From Candidatus Bathyarchaeota archaeon (GTDB lineage Archaea; Thermoproteota; Bathyarchaeia; TCS64): 64,000 bases of DNA. The position numbers and the translations under genes are program-made. The number at the start of each line of letters is the position of its first letter. Positions within the stretch are counted from its first letter, which is position 1. Location of the stretch: contig CAVYVF010000022.1 of the NCBI GenBank assembly GCA_963771885.1, positions 332,668 to 396,667 on the forward strand. Reading direction: 5' to 3'. Positions 10,272 through 20,253 of this stretch are shown piece after piece. The notes beneath the pieces are model-generated. The model was not told the DNA's origin, did no database searches, and worked only from the letters and a program-made list of their open reading frames with translations.

Positions 10272-11636
10272 GTGACGGATTTGACTGAAGAAAACAAGGA
10301 TGTGCCACAAGAGACAGGTGCCAACGAGGCGAAAGAAGACGCCATAGCTAATGAACAAGCTCCAAACTTAGAGGAAGAGAAGAGGAGGGAGACGCCGTCA
10401 TTTTCCCCTGCTCCTGAGCCAAGGGCGGAAGCGAGTCCGGCCTTCCATGAGAGGCGGAGCGGGCTCAACATGATACTTGCGGCTCTTTTGATTCTCAGCC
10501 TCGGGTTCTCGGCGTTCGTATACCTAGACAGCAGTAGCCGGGTGGATGTTCTGACTGGGCAGGTTTCGACGCTCACGTCGTCGATTCAGACGCTTAGCGA
10601 CAAGCTTGTGGAGTCGAATTTCAAGATCAACACTCTGACTACCAGACTGAACAACATTGGCAATGGAGGGAATGGTTCGGGCTTAACTGACGTGACCGTA
10701 TTGTACGAGCAGGTGAAGGGCAGCGTCGTGCTGATTAGGTCGACGCTTCCGCAGGGTACGGCGACGGGCAGCGGCTTCATCTATGACATGCAGGGGAGGA
10801 TAGTGACCAACTACCATGTCATCGAGGGGGCTAACAGCATCACAGTGACGTTCATCAATGGCACAATAGTGCCTGCGACTGTGGTTGGGACCGACCCCTA
10901 TTCAGATATCGCGGTCATAGATATTGACGCTCCGCTTTCACTGCTTAAGCCCCTGGTACTGGGCAACTCCTCTGCCCTAAAGGTAGGCGAATCTGTGCTG
11001 GCAATCGGCAACCCCTATGGCCTCGCAGACACCCTGACGACTGGTATAATCAGTGCCCTCGGGAGGGAGATGGATTCCGCAAGCGGATATCCGATAGTTG
11101 ACGTGATACAGACAGATGCAGCCATCAACCCGGGCAACAGTGGCGGGCCACTGCTCAATATGTATGGGGAGGTCGTGGGGATAAACACCGCCATCGCCTC
11201 GTCGACATCGACGGGGATCGGATTCGCAGTCCCAAGCAACACGATAGCGCGTGAGATCGACAGCCTCATCGTAAACGGCACCTATGCTCAAGTGTACATC
11301 GGGATACAAGGCGTAGATGTCACTCCGAACATTGTAGCAGCCATGAATTTGCCCGCGGGTACACATGGGACACTCCTAACAGGGGTTACAAATGGGGGCC
11401 CCGCCTCTGTGGCGGGACTCAGGGGCGGCTCGACCTTCCGGGTCATCGACGGTGTCAACATGTTAATCGGGGGGGACGTTGTAACGGCCGCAGACGGCAC
11501 CGAGTTGAAGGGTATATACGACTTCATACTCTACATGCAGAGGAACAAGAGACCCGGAGACCCCATCTCCCTTACCATCATAAGAGGTGGATCGACGATG
11601 ACGGTCAACGTGACGCTTGGGACGAGGACCGGCTAA
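10272..11636 (+). CDS. htrA: Membrane-anchored HtrA/DegP-type serine protease with PDZ domain
   Basis: TM segment and coiled coil; TNYHV, SDIAV, TDAAINPGNSGGPL; C-terminal PDZ. Confidence 0.9.
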   Translation: MTDLTEENKDVPQETGANEAKEDAIANEQAPNLEEEKRRETPSFSPAPEPRAEASPAFHERRSGLNMILAALLILSLGFSAFVYLDSSSRVDVLTGQVSTLTSSIQTLSDKLVESNFKINTLTTRLNNIGNGGNGSGLTDVTVLYEQVKGSVVLIRSTLPQGTATGSGFIYDMQGRIVTNYHVIEGANSITVTFINGTIVPATVVGTDPYSDIAVIDIDAPLSLLKPLVLGNSSALKVGESVLAIGNPYGLADTLTTGIISALGREMDSASGYPIVDVIQTDAAINPGNSGGPLLNMYGEVVGINTAIASSTSTGIGFAVPSNTIAREIDSLIVNGTYAQVYIGIQGVDVTPNIVAAMNLPAGTHGTLLTGVTNGGPASVAGLRGGSTFRVIDGVNMLIGGDVVTAADGTELKGIYDFILYMQRNKRPGDPISLTIIRGGSTMTVNVTLGTRTG

Positions 11637-13000
11637 TTCTTGGGGGCCTTTTTCGGGAGTCCCACTCCTCTGAAGCTTAATCCCAGCTTTAGGCACTCGT
11701 CCTGATCGAAGACGTTTCTGCCATCGACGATTACAGGGGTTTTCATGAGTTTTTTAACTTCCTTCGGGGTGAGCTTTTGGTATTCTCTGTGACGCGTTGC
11801 TACTATGAGGCAGTCTCTCCCCTTGATCGCATCGCCGATGTCCGAGGTGATCTTCATGCCCTCATACTCCTTCACGTAGGGGTCGTGTGCGATTAGGCTC
11901 TTGCACTCCTTTTTGAGGGCGTTATAGAGGGATTCTGTGGGAGTGTTTCGTGTATCGTCGCTGTTCTCGAGGAAGGCAACTCCCAGGATGGCGATCTTTG
12001 CGTCCTTCAGGCTGACGCCTTTCTCTGCGAGTGCCTCCTTGGTTAATTGCACCATGTGCTCTGGCATCGAGTCGTTCAGATACCTGCTCCCCGTGATGAT
12101 GCGTGGCTCGAATTTAGTGGACCCGTATGTGTCCAGTCCGTACTTGAGGAGCCAGCTGTCCTTTGGGAGGCAGTGGCCGCCGACACCCGCGCCAGGTGTG
12201 TGCATGTTCCTGTAGGGGTTGGCGGATGGGTTGCTGTTGTCGTTTGGGAGGCTGTTGACGAATCTGCGTACATCGTGTACGTTGATGCCGAGGCTCTCGC
12301 AGGCGAGAGCTACCTCGTTCGCGAAGGCGATGTTTACGTCGCGGTAGGCGTTCTCGGTTACCTTAGCTACTTCCGCTGTGAGGGCGTCAGTAGCGTGCAG
12401 GTTAGCTTTGACGATGTGACGATATAGTTCGATGCCTCGCCTCGTCGACTCAGCGTCGACTCCTCCGACTATCCTGTCGTACATCGTCAGGTTGTGGAGG
12501 AGGCGCCCGACCATTACGCGTTCGTAGCTGAATAGGAGCCCAAAGTCGGTACCTGCTTTGAGACCGCTGTGTTTCTCGAGTATGGGCTTAGCGAGGTGCT
12601 GCGTCGTGCCGGGTGCAACCGTCGATTCGAGACATATGAGTACGTCTTTCCGCATGTTGTCGCCGATGTCGGCAAGGACTTGCCTTAGGGACTCGTACTG
12701 CGGGATATGATTTTCATCGACGGGTGTCTGGACGGCGATTATGATTGCATCTGCGTCACTGTAGGTGGCTACGTCGTCGGTGACGTGGAAGGTGCCCTTA
12801 TCGTGAATCCGCTTGATGAGTTCTGGTAGCCCCGGTTCATCGGCTTCGATGACCGATCTACCTTGATTTAGGGCGTCAATCTTCCAAGCGGAGCGTGGAG
12901 ATCGGCGCTGAATACCAGTGACCTTGAAGCCCGGCACATCTGCGAATAAAGCGGCTACGGGCGTCCCGACATAGCCCATCCCGACCACTACGACGTTCAT
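11633..13000 (-). CDS. Nucleotide-sugar dehydrogenase (WecC/WbpA family)
   Basis: GMGYVG, ESTVAPGTT, ENAYRDVNIAFANE, GVGGHCLPKD; start placed at ATG 13000. Confidence 0.92.
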   Translation of the reverse strand: MNVVVVGMGYVGTPVAALFADVPGFKVTGIQRRSPRSAWKIDALNQGRSVIEADEPGLPELIKRIHDKGTFHVTDDVATYSDADAIIIAVQTPVDENHIPQYESLRQVLADIGDNMRKDVLICLESTVAPGTTQHLAKPILEKHSGLKAGTDFGLLFSYERVMVGRLLHNLTMYDRIVGGVDAESTRRGIELYRHIVKANLHATDALTAEVAKVTENAYRDVNIAFANEVALACESLGINVHDVRRFVNSLPNDNSNPSANPYRNMHTPGAGVGGHCLPKDSWLLKYGLDTYGSTKFEPRIITGSRYLNDSMPEHMVQLTKEALAEKGVSLKDAKIAILGVAFLENSDDTRNTPTESLYNALKKECKSLIAHDPYVKEYEGMKITSDIGDAIKGRDCLIVATRHREYQKLTPKEVKKLMKTPVIVDGRNVFDQDECLKLGLSFRGVGLPKKAPKN

Positions 13001-13067
13001 CAGAAATCCTCTGTCTGGGTCTATTAGGATCATCGATTATATCTACCTTGTTTATACATTCTCCTCC

Positions 13068-14021
13068 ATGAAGCGCGTTTTCATCGACACCGATGGTGAG
13101 TTCGACGACTACATGGCACTTGTGCTCGCATTGAAGTCCAAGGACCTATTCGTGGAAGGTATAAGCACCCTGAGCGGGATACGAAACCTGAGGGATTCGA
13201 CCGACGACGTGTTAAATGCCGTCGAGCTCCTCGGCAGGGGGGACATACCGATTGCGGAGGGACTGGAGGTCTCAATGTCCCAGAACCTTACCGAGGAGAG
13301 AAAAAATATCCTCAATATCTGGAAGATGGGTGGGAGGACGTCGACGAAGGCGATCCGCCGTCCCGGAATAAAGCCTGTGAAGGAGGACGGCGTCAGCCTC
13401 ATGATCAGGAAGGTTATGGAGGCCCCTGGAGAGGTGACCCTCATAACCCTCGGGGCACTCACAAACGTTGCCTCTGCGTTGCTCAGGGAGCCACGGTTCT
13501 CGAAGAAGGTGAAAGAGGTCTATTCCATGGGCGGTGCTGTACTCGTGCCTGGTAACACTACCCCTGTCGCCGAGTTCAACATCTGGGGCGACCCCCTCGC
13601 CGCCAAGATATTCTTCAACTCAGGCATGCACATCACCATGATCGGTCTCGAAACCTACTACCAGCCCGTACTATCAGGCGAGGAGTGGGTCAAAGTCAAG
13701 GAGGCGAATGAGGCAACGAAGTATTGCTTCGATAATTTTGCCCCATGGTTCAGCTACCTTATCGGACTCCATCCCGACTGGAAGGGGGGACTACAGGTCG
13801 GTGACGGTCTCACGGTAGGCGCAGCCATTGATCCTACTCTCATGAAGTGTAGGCGGTGCTTCATAGACGTCGAGACGAAGGGTGAGTTGACGGTCGGGCA
13901 GACGGTCGCCTACGGCCTTTCGAGGAGGCACCTACTACCCAAGGAGGCGAACACCGACCTTACCGTCGACTGCGACTGGAAGAGGTTCAACCGTCTCTTC
14001 GTCGAGAAGGCCACATCTTAG
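13068..14021 (+). CDS. Nucleoside hydrolase (IU-NH family)
   Basis: DTDGEFDD Ca-binding motif, LGALTNVA, MGGAV..GN..AEFNIWGDP. Confidence 0.88.
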   Translation: MKRVFIDTDGEFDDYMALVLALKSKDLFVEGISTLSGIRNLRDSTDDVLNAVELLGRGDIPIAEGLEVSMSQNLTEERKNILNIWKMGGRTSTKAIRRPGIKPVKEDGVSLMIRKVMEAPGEVTLITLGALTNVASALLREPRFSKKVKEVYSMGGAVLVPGNTTPVAEFNIWGDPLAAKIFFNSGMHITMIGLETYYQPVLSGEEWVKVKEANEATKYCFDNFAPWFSYLIGLHPDWKGGLQVGDGLTVGAAIDPTLMKCRRCFIDVETKGELTVGQTVAYGLSRRHLLPKEANTDLTVDCDWKRFNRLFVEKATS

Positions 14022-14111
14022 GTCCTAGTCTTAATAGTGATTCTGTTGGGTACTCGTTATATTCTACCCATATCTCTGTAGCTAGGTATCGTCGTAAAAA
14101 GAGGAAGTACA

Positions 14112-15350
14112 ATGGGAGACAGCCTCATCACGAAAGGGGTACAGTTCCTACGGAAGCAAGAGAGCGCTTTCAACGTCAACATGGTACGTCGATCGGTCGA
14201 GAACTTTGCCATCACGCTTGTGCAGCAGTACCAGTCAATCTACCTGATCGCCCTCGGCGCCGGCTCGGTTCAGGTGGGACTCGTCAATAGCCTCGCCGGG
14301 GTGGGTTCCACTCTCACAGCTCTCCCGTCAGGGTGGGCGATAGACCGTTATGGTTTGAAGAAGACGTTCTATTTTGGCACTATCTTCATGGCGCTCGGGT
14401 CGCTCCTCTTTGGCCTCGCGACGAACTGGATCTTCACAATCCCCGCCATGTTCATCTTCACGATCGCGGCGAGGGTTAACCAGACCTCATGCCCCGTAGT
14501 ATGCGGCAGCGCCCTCGTTAACGAGGACCGCGCCGTTGGCATGCAGCTATGCGACAGCCTTGCTGCGATCTCGGGGATAGTCGCCCCCATAGTGGGAGCA
14601 GCGATCATCGCCGCGAGCGGCGGAATGACAGCCGAGGGATTGAGACCGATCTTCTACCTGCAGCTCGCAGTGCTTGCGGTCGAGTTCGTAATAATCGCCT
14701 GGAAGTTCAACAATCCAAGCAAGCGCGTCGCGCCGAGGAGCGGGCTCGGCATGATGGAGGGGGTTAAACAGGTGCTGGAGAAGGGCGTTGCGGTTAAGAG
14801 GTTCCTCCTATATCAGAGCATCCAGACCGTGCCCTTCTACCTGAATGCAATCTACATCCCTCTCTACGCGGCTGAGGTGAAGGGAGCCGACGCCTACACA
14901 CTCGGGGGTATGGCAACGGCGGCCCTGCTCGTACCGCTCATACTCTCGATCCCGAGTGGGAGGCTGGCCGATCGCCTCGGGCGGAAGAGGGTCGTCTACC
15001 TCTGTCTCCCCCTCTACTGCCTATCCCTCGTCCTCCTCGCCGTCGCGCCCGTGGGAGCGTCATGGATCATCATCGCGTCTGGTGTACTGCAGGGATTCTA
15101 CATGCTTGGGATGGTAACGGGGAACGCGATGAGGGCGGAGATCGTGCCAATAAGTCTGCTTGGAAGTTGGGGCGGGCTGCTCGGATTATTCGGGGGAATT
15201 GTTGGCATCATTGTGCCCATAACTGCGGGTTTCATGTGGAACTCGTTGTCACCCGTCTCCGTCCTCCTCCTACTGATCGCTTCGACTCTAGTCGGCGGTG
15301 CCGTTCTGACGACGATGCCTGAGACGCTTAAGATGAAGAGGGAGATCTAG
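14112..15350 (+). CDS. MFS transporter
   Basis: GWAIDRYGLKK and GRLADRLGRKR motif A copies; about 12 TM segments. Confidence 0.9.
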   Translation: MGDSLITKGVQFLRKQESAFNVNMVRRSVENFAITLVQQYQSIYLIALGAGSVQVGLVNSLAGVGSTLTALPSGWAIDRYGLKKTFYFGTIFMALGSLLFGLATNWIFTIPAMFIFTIAARVNQTSCPVVCGSALVNEDRAVGMQLCDSLAAISGIVAPIVGAAIIAASGGMTAEGLRPIFYLQLAVLAVEFVIIAWKFNNPSKRVAPRSGLGMMEGVKQVLEKGVAVKRFLLYQSIQTVPFYLNAIYIPLYAAEVKGADAYTLGGMATAALLVPLILSIPSGRLADRLGRKRVVYLCLPLYCLSLVLLAVAPVGASWIIIASGVLQGFYMLGMVTGNAMRAEIVPISLLGSWGGLLGLFGGIVGIIVPITAGFMWNSLSPVSVLLLLIASTLVGGAVLTTMPETLKMKREI

Positions 15351-15388
15351 ACCCTCAAGTTCATTAGTTTGTATACTGGTTTAGGGTC

Positions 15389-16294
15389 GTGGCGGTCCAG
15401 AGCTCACTTCGGGGGAACTTGGTTCCTTTCCTTGCGATGGGCGCTCTCTTCATAGTCGTCGATGTAGCGGCTCTCGTCTTCGTCGGGCCATTCGTAGACG
15501 TCGGGCTCTTCGCCTTCGGGGACACGGGGGACCCTGTTAATGTGGCCTATTTCGTCTTGATGATGATTGCCACGACGGCTTTCGTACTGGCTATAAGAAA
15601 GTTCAGGGGCGGCGCGTTGGTCAAATGGGTTTTGAGGGGGGCGATCGGTGTCTCCATCTTTTCGACCTTCTACTCGCTATCCTGGGGCGTACTTGGAGAC
15701 CCGGCTGCACTCATAACATCGGCCGCCTCGGCCCTGCTCTGCGTCCTCGCCCTCTCGAAGTGGCCGCGATGGTATGTCATCAACTTCGTGGCGTTGCTGC
15801 TGGGAGCTGTTACGACGGCTGTACTCGGAATATCCCTGTCTCCGCCCCTCGTTTCAGTCCTGCTTCTGCTTTTATCGGTCTATGACGCCATCGCGGTCTA
15901 CAAGACCAGACATATGCTCGGCCTTGCGGAGGTCATCCTCAACTCGGGGTTGCCGCTTGTGCTCATCATACCGAGGCGTGGCGGGTATGTCGACGATCAG
16001 AAGGTCGTGATACAGAGTGGGAGTACAACGGGGGAGCGACGTGCCTTCTATATGGGATTAGGTGACCTGATCATCCCTGGCTGTCTCGTAGTCTCTGTTT
16101 ACTCGTTGCTCGGCGTTAGTGGCTTGCCGGTTATTGCCGTAATCGTATTAGGGACTCTGCTTGGATTTGTGGTATTGGCTACATACGTTGTGAGGGGGAA
16201 TCCCCAGGCGGGGCTGCCATTTCTGTGCGGTGGCGCACTTCTGGGGTATCTATTATCTAGTTTCCTGTTTTATGGTAAGCTTATCGGGCTCTGA
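15389..16294 (+). CDS. Presenilin-family intramembrane aspartyl protease (archaeal PSH)
   Basis: YDAIAVYKT, GLGD, QAGLPFL (PAL-equivalent); multiple TM segments. Confidence 0.9.
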   Translation: MAVQSSLRGNLVPFLAMGALFIVVDVAALVFVGPFVDVGLFAFGDTGDPVNVAYFVLMMIATTAFVLAIRKFRGGALVKWVLRGAIGVSIFSTFYSLSWGVLGDPAALITSAASALLCVLALSKWPRWYVINFVALLLGAVTTAVLGISLSPPLVSVLLLLLSVYDAIAVYKTRHMLGLAEVILNSGLPLVLIIPRRGGYVDDQKVVIQSGSTTGERRAFYMGLGDLIIPGCLVVSVYSLLGVSGLPVIAVIVLGTLLGFVVLATYVVRGNPQAGLPFLCGGALLGYLLSSFLFYGKLIGL

Positions 16295-16523
16295 ATTAGA
16301 AGAGTGGAAGAGCGCACGCGCTTGCGGTTCTTTGCAGAATGGGATGCAGTCTCGCAGATGCTGAGAGCTAAGGCTGTCTTCGCTGCTCACTGGTTTCGAT
16401 TTATCGTAACGCACCCATAGTGGTGATAAAGGTACTAGAATCGTTTCGGCAAATCTTCGCTGCGATACGAAGACGGTCAGCATGCCTATTGTAGGTTAAC
16501 AATAATAATGCGGATCTTCATAG

Positions 16524-17591
16524 TTGAATGTGGAAAAAATATCCATCGTCTACGACGAGGGAATCTCGGAGTACGATTTCGGTGAGGAATATTCATTAAG
16601 GGGGGATAGGTTTCCCCGCTATCTTCAACTCCTAAAGTCGGAGAAGGTTTTGGATGACCCTGAGGTTAGTGTTGTCTCACCCAAACCTGCAACGGATGAG
16701 GACTTGGCTCTCGTTCATTCTCGGGAGTACATTGGGAAGGTTAAGCGATTGGCTGAGAGAAGGGAATATCTTTCGGATGATACCCCGTTGAAGCCCGAGA
16801 TTGTCGAGGCGGTCAGGCTCATCGTTGGCGCTGCACTCAAGGCGGGGGAGGAAGTAATTGGAAGTAGAGTAAAGATGAGCCAGGGTGTGGGGGGTGGACT
16901 TCACCATGCAGGGAGGGATTATGGTGAAGCTTGGTGTGTCTTCAACGATGTCGCGGTGTGCGCTAGGGCGTTGACTGAGCGACATGGGTTGAATCGCGTG
17001 CTCATCTTCGACACGGATGCCCATACGGGGAACGGTACAATGGACATCTTCTATAAGGAACCCAAGGTTCTGTACCTTTCCGTGCATCAGGATCCCGACA
17101 CTATTTACCCTCACACAGGATATGTCGGTCAGATCGGTGAGGGAAAGGGCGAGGGGTACACTGTTAATGTGCCCTTGCCGAAGGGAGCCGATGATGCTTG
17201 TATAGAATTAGTGTTGAAAGAGGTGTTCAGGCCGATCGTGAAACAATTCAAGCCCCAGATAATCATTCGGAACGGTGGAGCTGACCCTCACTATCAGGAT
17301 GAGTTGGCAGACCTTGCTTTAACGTACAGGGGACTGTGGTCGATCGGACGAGCAGTTTCTGAGGCCGCGGAGGATGTCGGTTGCGGGGTTGTGGATCTCC
17401 TATGTGGAGGCTATAATCCTGGCTTTGAGGAATTCGGGCTCTATGCCCTGCTCTCAGGAAGTATGGGAAAGCCACTGACATTTAGTGAGAAGGGGAGAAA
17501 GCCAAAACCGGATCCGGAGGTGCTACAGAAGACGGTTGAGGTGATCAAGGGTCTTGGCGAGGTGCTCTCCTCTTATTGGAGGATCACTTAG
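16524..17591 (+). CDS. Histone deacetylase-family / acetoin utilization AcuC-like deacetylase
   Basis: GGGLHHA, CVFND, DTDAHTGNGT, GADPH..D, GGY. Confidence 0.9.
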   Translation: MNVEKISIVYDEGISEYDFGEEYSLRGDRFPRYLQLLKSEKVLDDPEVSVVSPKPATDEDLALVHSREYIGKVKRLAERREYLSDDTPLKPEIVEAVRLIVGAALKAGEEVIGSRVKMSQGVGGGLHHAGRDYGEAWCVFNDVAVCARALTERHGLNRVLIFDTDAHTGNGTMDIFYKEPKVLYLSVHQDPDTIYPHTGYVGQIGEGKGEGYTVNVPLPKGADDACIELVLKEVFRPIVKQFKPQIIIRNGGADPHYQDELADLALTYRGLWSIGRAVSEAAEDVGCGVVDLLCGGYNPGFEEFGLYALLSGSMGKPLTFSEKGRKPKPDPEVLQKTVEVIKGLGEVLSSYWRIT

Positions 17592-17600
17592 GCTTGATCG

Positions 17601-18080
17601 GTGGTTGGCGTGACGGAAATTGTGTCTGAATTGAGGGGTTTTTGGGGAACTAGTGACCCCCGGGTTCTAATCATTGGAGTCGGAAGGAGGATAAGAGGCG
17701 ACGAGTCGGCGGGGCTTCTCGTGGCGGAGTATCTCAGGGGTAGGGTGGGGGACCACCTGGTTGTGGTCGCTGAGGATAGACCCGAGAACTATACAGATGT
17801 GATCAGACGATACAACCCGTCTCGGATCCTCTACGTCTTAGCTGCGAGGAGCGGAGGCGCACCTGGTGAGACGAGGTTGGTGCCTTTTGAAGAGCATGAG
17901 AGGGTACTGTTGCACGAGTCGCCGCTGACTACGCTGAACCACTTTCTCTCTTCCCTGATGGGGGTTGAGGTGAGTATGCTGCTCATCGAGCCCTGGACGG
18001 TGATGGGTGAGGAGTCACCCGGCATGATACGGACAGCTAAGTTGATCGCCGAGGAAATAGTGAACTCTCTGCCAAACTAG
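17601..18080 (+). CDS. Hydrogenase maturation protease (HycI-like)
   Basis: IIGVG..RGDESAG, PENY, LHESPL. Confidence 0.75.
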   Translation: MVGVTEIVSELRGFWGTSDPRVLIIGVGRRIRGDESAGLLVAEYLRGRVGDHLVVVAEDRPENYTDVIRRYNPSRILYVLAARSGGAPGETRLVPFEEHERVLLHESPLTTLNHFLSSLMGVEVSMLLIEPWTVMGEESPGMIRTAKLIAEEIVNSLPN

Positions 18081-18691
18081 AATTGAATGCAAAAGTTCTC
18101 AAGGAGTTGGCTTGTCTTCACGAGTCTAACACCCATTCGTCGCCAATCGACGAAGCACTGCTCAGCATTTTCGGCGTCTATCTCCTTAATGGCGTCTTCA
18201 ACGACTATCGTTTTGTAGCCAAGCTCTACAATGTATCTGACAGCGAGGTCAACGCAGATATCTGAGGCTACCCCGTAGACCGTGACGAGGCCCGGGGCGA
18301 TCTTGGTTAGGAATGGCTTAACGTTTGGGTTTGTGCGAGCGTCGTTGTGCTGCTTCTCGAATAATAGTTGGGCACTGCTCGTGATGGATTCGTTGAGCTG
18401 CTCTCCGGTTAGTCTTCTGGAGGGGATATGTATAGGTGTTTCCCGTATTGACTCGGGGACCTTGAGTTGGCCGGGTGTGCCGTAAATGCAGTGTGGGGGC
18501 CAAGTACCGAACTCGGGGTCTCGAGGTGTGTGGGCGTCGACAGATCCTGCGTGTATGAGGTCTTTGTGATTGGCGTTTGTGAGTCTCTTGAGGTTGGGGA
18601 GGATGGTGGTGGCGCCGGGGGCGGTTAATTTGCCGTTCGGGTCGATGAAGTCGTGCTGGGTATCGACGTCCCAGAGTAGAGTCTTCGCCAT
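18077..18691 (-). CDS. pncA: Nicotinamidase (isochorismatase family)
   Basis: DVDTQHDF, DAH, WPPHC, K, GVASDICV; adjacent to pncB. Confidence 0.85.
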   Translation of the reverse strand: MAKTLLWDVDTQHDFIDPNGKLTAPGATTILPNLKRLTNANHKDLIHAGSVDAHTPRDPEFGTWPPHCIYGTPGQLKVPESIRETPIHIPSRRLTGEQLNESITSSAQLLFEKQHNDARTNPNVKPFLTKIAPGLVTVYGVASDICVDLAVRYIVELGYKTIVVEDAIKEIDAENAEQCFVDWRRMGVRLVKTSQLLENFCIQF

Positions 18692-18818
18692 GTTAGGTGT
18701 GGCTCATTTCTTAGAATTTAGATTTGTTTGTGTTACCCCTTAGATTAAATGGGTGTTAGGGGTAGGCGCATGCGTTCGTATCATTTTTTTATCGTTTTGA
18801 GAGTGTGTGTTTTGTCAC

Positions 18819-20171
18819 CTAGTTACTTGAGTATTCTTTTGTCAGCTTTGTAGTGAGGGCTTGGAGATTTTTACTAATGTGGAGCTCGTAGGGTTGGGGT
18901 GCCTTGATCTTCTTACAGGTATCGGGGAGCTTGGCGACACTCTCGACCGAATAGTCCCGTATCTTGCTTAGGGTGAGGCGTTTCTTCAAGCGGTGGCCGT
19001 TTTCCGCAACCTTCCTGAGGAGGGGCGTGCCTATGGGCTCTTCCCCGTCGAGTTGGAGCACATCGTGAGTGTAGCGGTTATTCAACTCGATTCGACAAAG
19101 TTGCTTGCGTCCGGGGTAAGTCTTCTTGCTATCGGATAGTTTGATCCTCGGGCCGTAGTTGTCCTCGACGAGCTTGTAGACGCCGCCGAGAGCGGCGATC
19201 GGCTTGGCGGTTATCATCTCGGTTCCTACGCCGTAGCTGTCGACTGGTGCCTCGTGGCGGGTGAAGGCGTCAATCTTGTACTCGTTCAGGTCGCTGCTGA
19301 CGACTATTTTGACGTATTTTAGGTCCGCTTTGTCGAGGATTTTACGTATCTTCTTAGAGAGACCCCTCATGTTACCAGAGTCGAGGCGGACAGCCTTCAG
19401 GTGGTGGCCTTGGGTCTCCATCTCCTTGGCGACAGCCGCTGCCTTTTTTGCGCCTTGAACAGTGTCGTATGTGTCAATTAGGAAGACGGAGTCGTCTGGA
19501 AAGGTGTGAGCGTATGCCCGGAAGGCGTCCGTCTCTTCGGGGAAGCCCATTATGTAGCTGTGGGCCATAGTGCCGCTTGGGGGTATGCCGTAGTCTTTTG
19601 CAGCCTCGACGTTGCTTGTGGCGATAACTCCGGCGATGTAGGCGGCTCTTGCTCCTTTGACACCTGCGTCGAATCCCTGTGCCCTGCGGAGGCCGAAGTC
19701 GATGACCTGCGATCGACCGGCGGCGTTTACTACCCTGCTGGCTTTGGAGGCGATGAGGGTCTGGAAGTTGACGATGTTGAGGAGAGCGGTCTCGAGTAGC
19801 TGTGCCTGTGGACGCTTGGCCGTGACTCGTAGTATGGGGGAGTTGTTTGTGACTGGCGTGCCTTCGGCGACGGCGGTTATCTCACCCTCGAAGCGGAAAT
19901 GGTGGAGGTAATCGAGGTAGTCGTCGCTGAATATTCCGAGGCCTTTAAGGTAGGCGATATCATCATCTGTAAAGCGGATGTTGCATGCGTAATCTATCGC
20001 CTCGTCGAGACCGACTGCGACGAGATAGCCCCAGTTCTTCGGCAGTGATCGTACGAACATCTCGAATGAGGCGACCTCATTCGTCTTGTTGTTGTCGAGG
20101 TATGATGCGTTCATCGTGAGCTGGTATAGATCGGTTAGCAGGGCGTTCCTGTGCTCAGCAGTTATGCTCAT
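18819..20171 (-). CDS. pncB: Nicotinate phosphoribosyltransferase
   Basis: LLTDLYQLTM, DFGLRRAQG, GTMAHS, LIDTYD, RLDSG, GVYKLV. Confidence 0.95.
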   Translation of the reverse strand: MSITAEHRNALLTDLYQLTMNASYLDNNKTNEVASFEMFVRSLPKNWGYLVAVGLDEAIDYACNIRFTDDDIAYLKGLGIFSDDYLDYLHHFRFEGEITAVAEGTPVTNNSPILRVTAKRPQAQLLETALLNIVNFQTLIASKASRVVNAAGRSQVIDFGLRRAQGFDAGVKGARAAYIAGVIATSNVEAAKDYGIPPSGTMAHSYIMGFPEETDAFRAYAHTFPDDSVFLIDTYDTVQGAKKAAAVAKEMETQGHHLKAVRLDSGNMRGLSKKIRKILDKADLKYVKIVVSSDLNEYKIDAFTRHEAPVDSYGVGTEMITAKPIAALGGVYKLVEDNYGPRIKLSDSKKTYPGRKQLCRIELNNRYTHDVLQLDGEEPIGTPLLRKVAENGHRLKKRLTLSKIRDYSVESVAKLPDTCKKIKAPQPYELHISKNLQALTTKLTKEYSSN

Positions 20172-20253
20172 TATGTGTTGTGTGTCGATTTGTTGGATAT
20201 ACCTCTATCGAGAGATGAGGGATCGTATAATTGTCAAATTAGCATGCGCGTTT

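Noticed and set aside
16253..16483. 76-aa minus-strand ORF between presenilin and deacetylase
   Set aside because: No recognisable motif or coding signal
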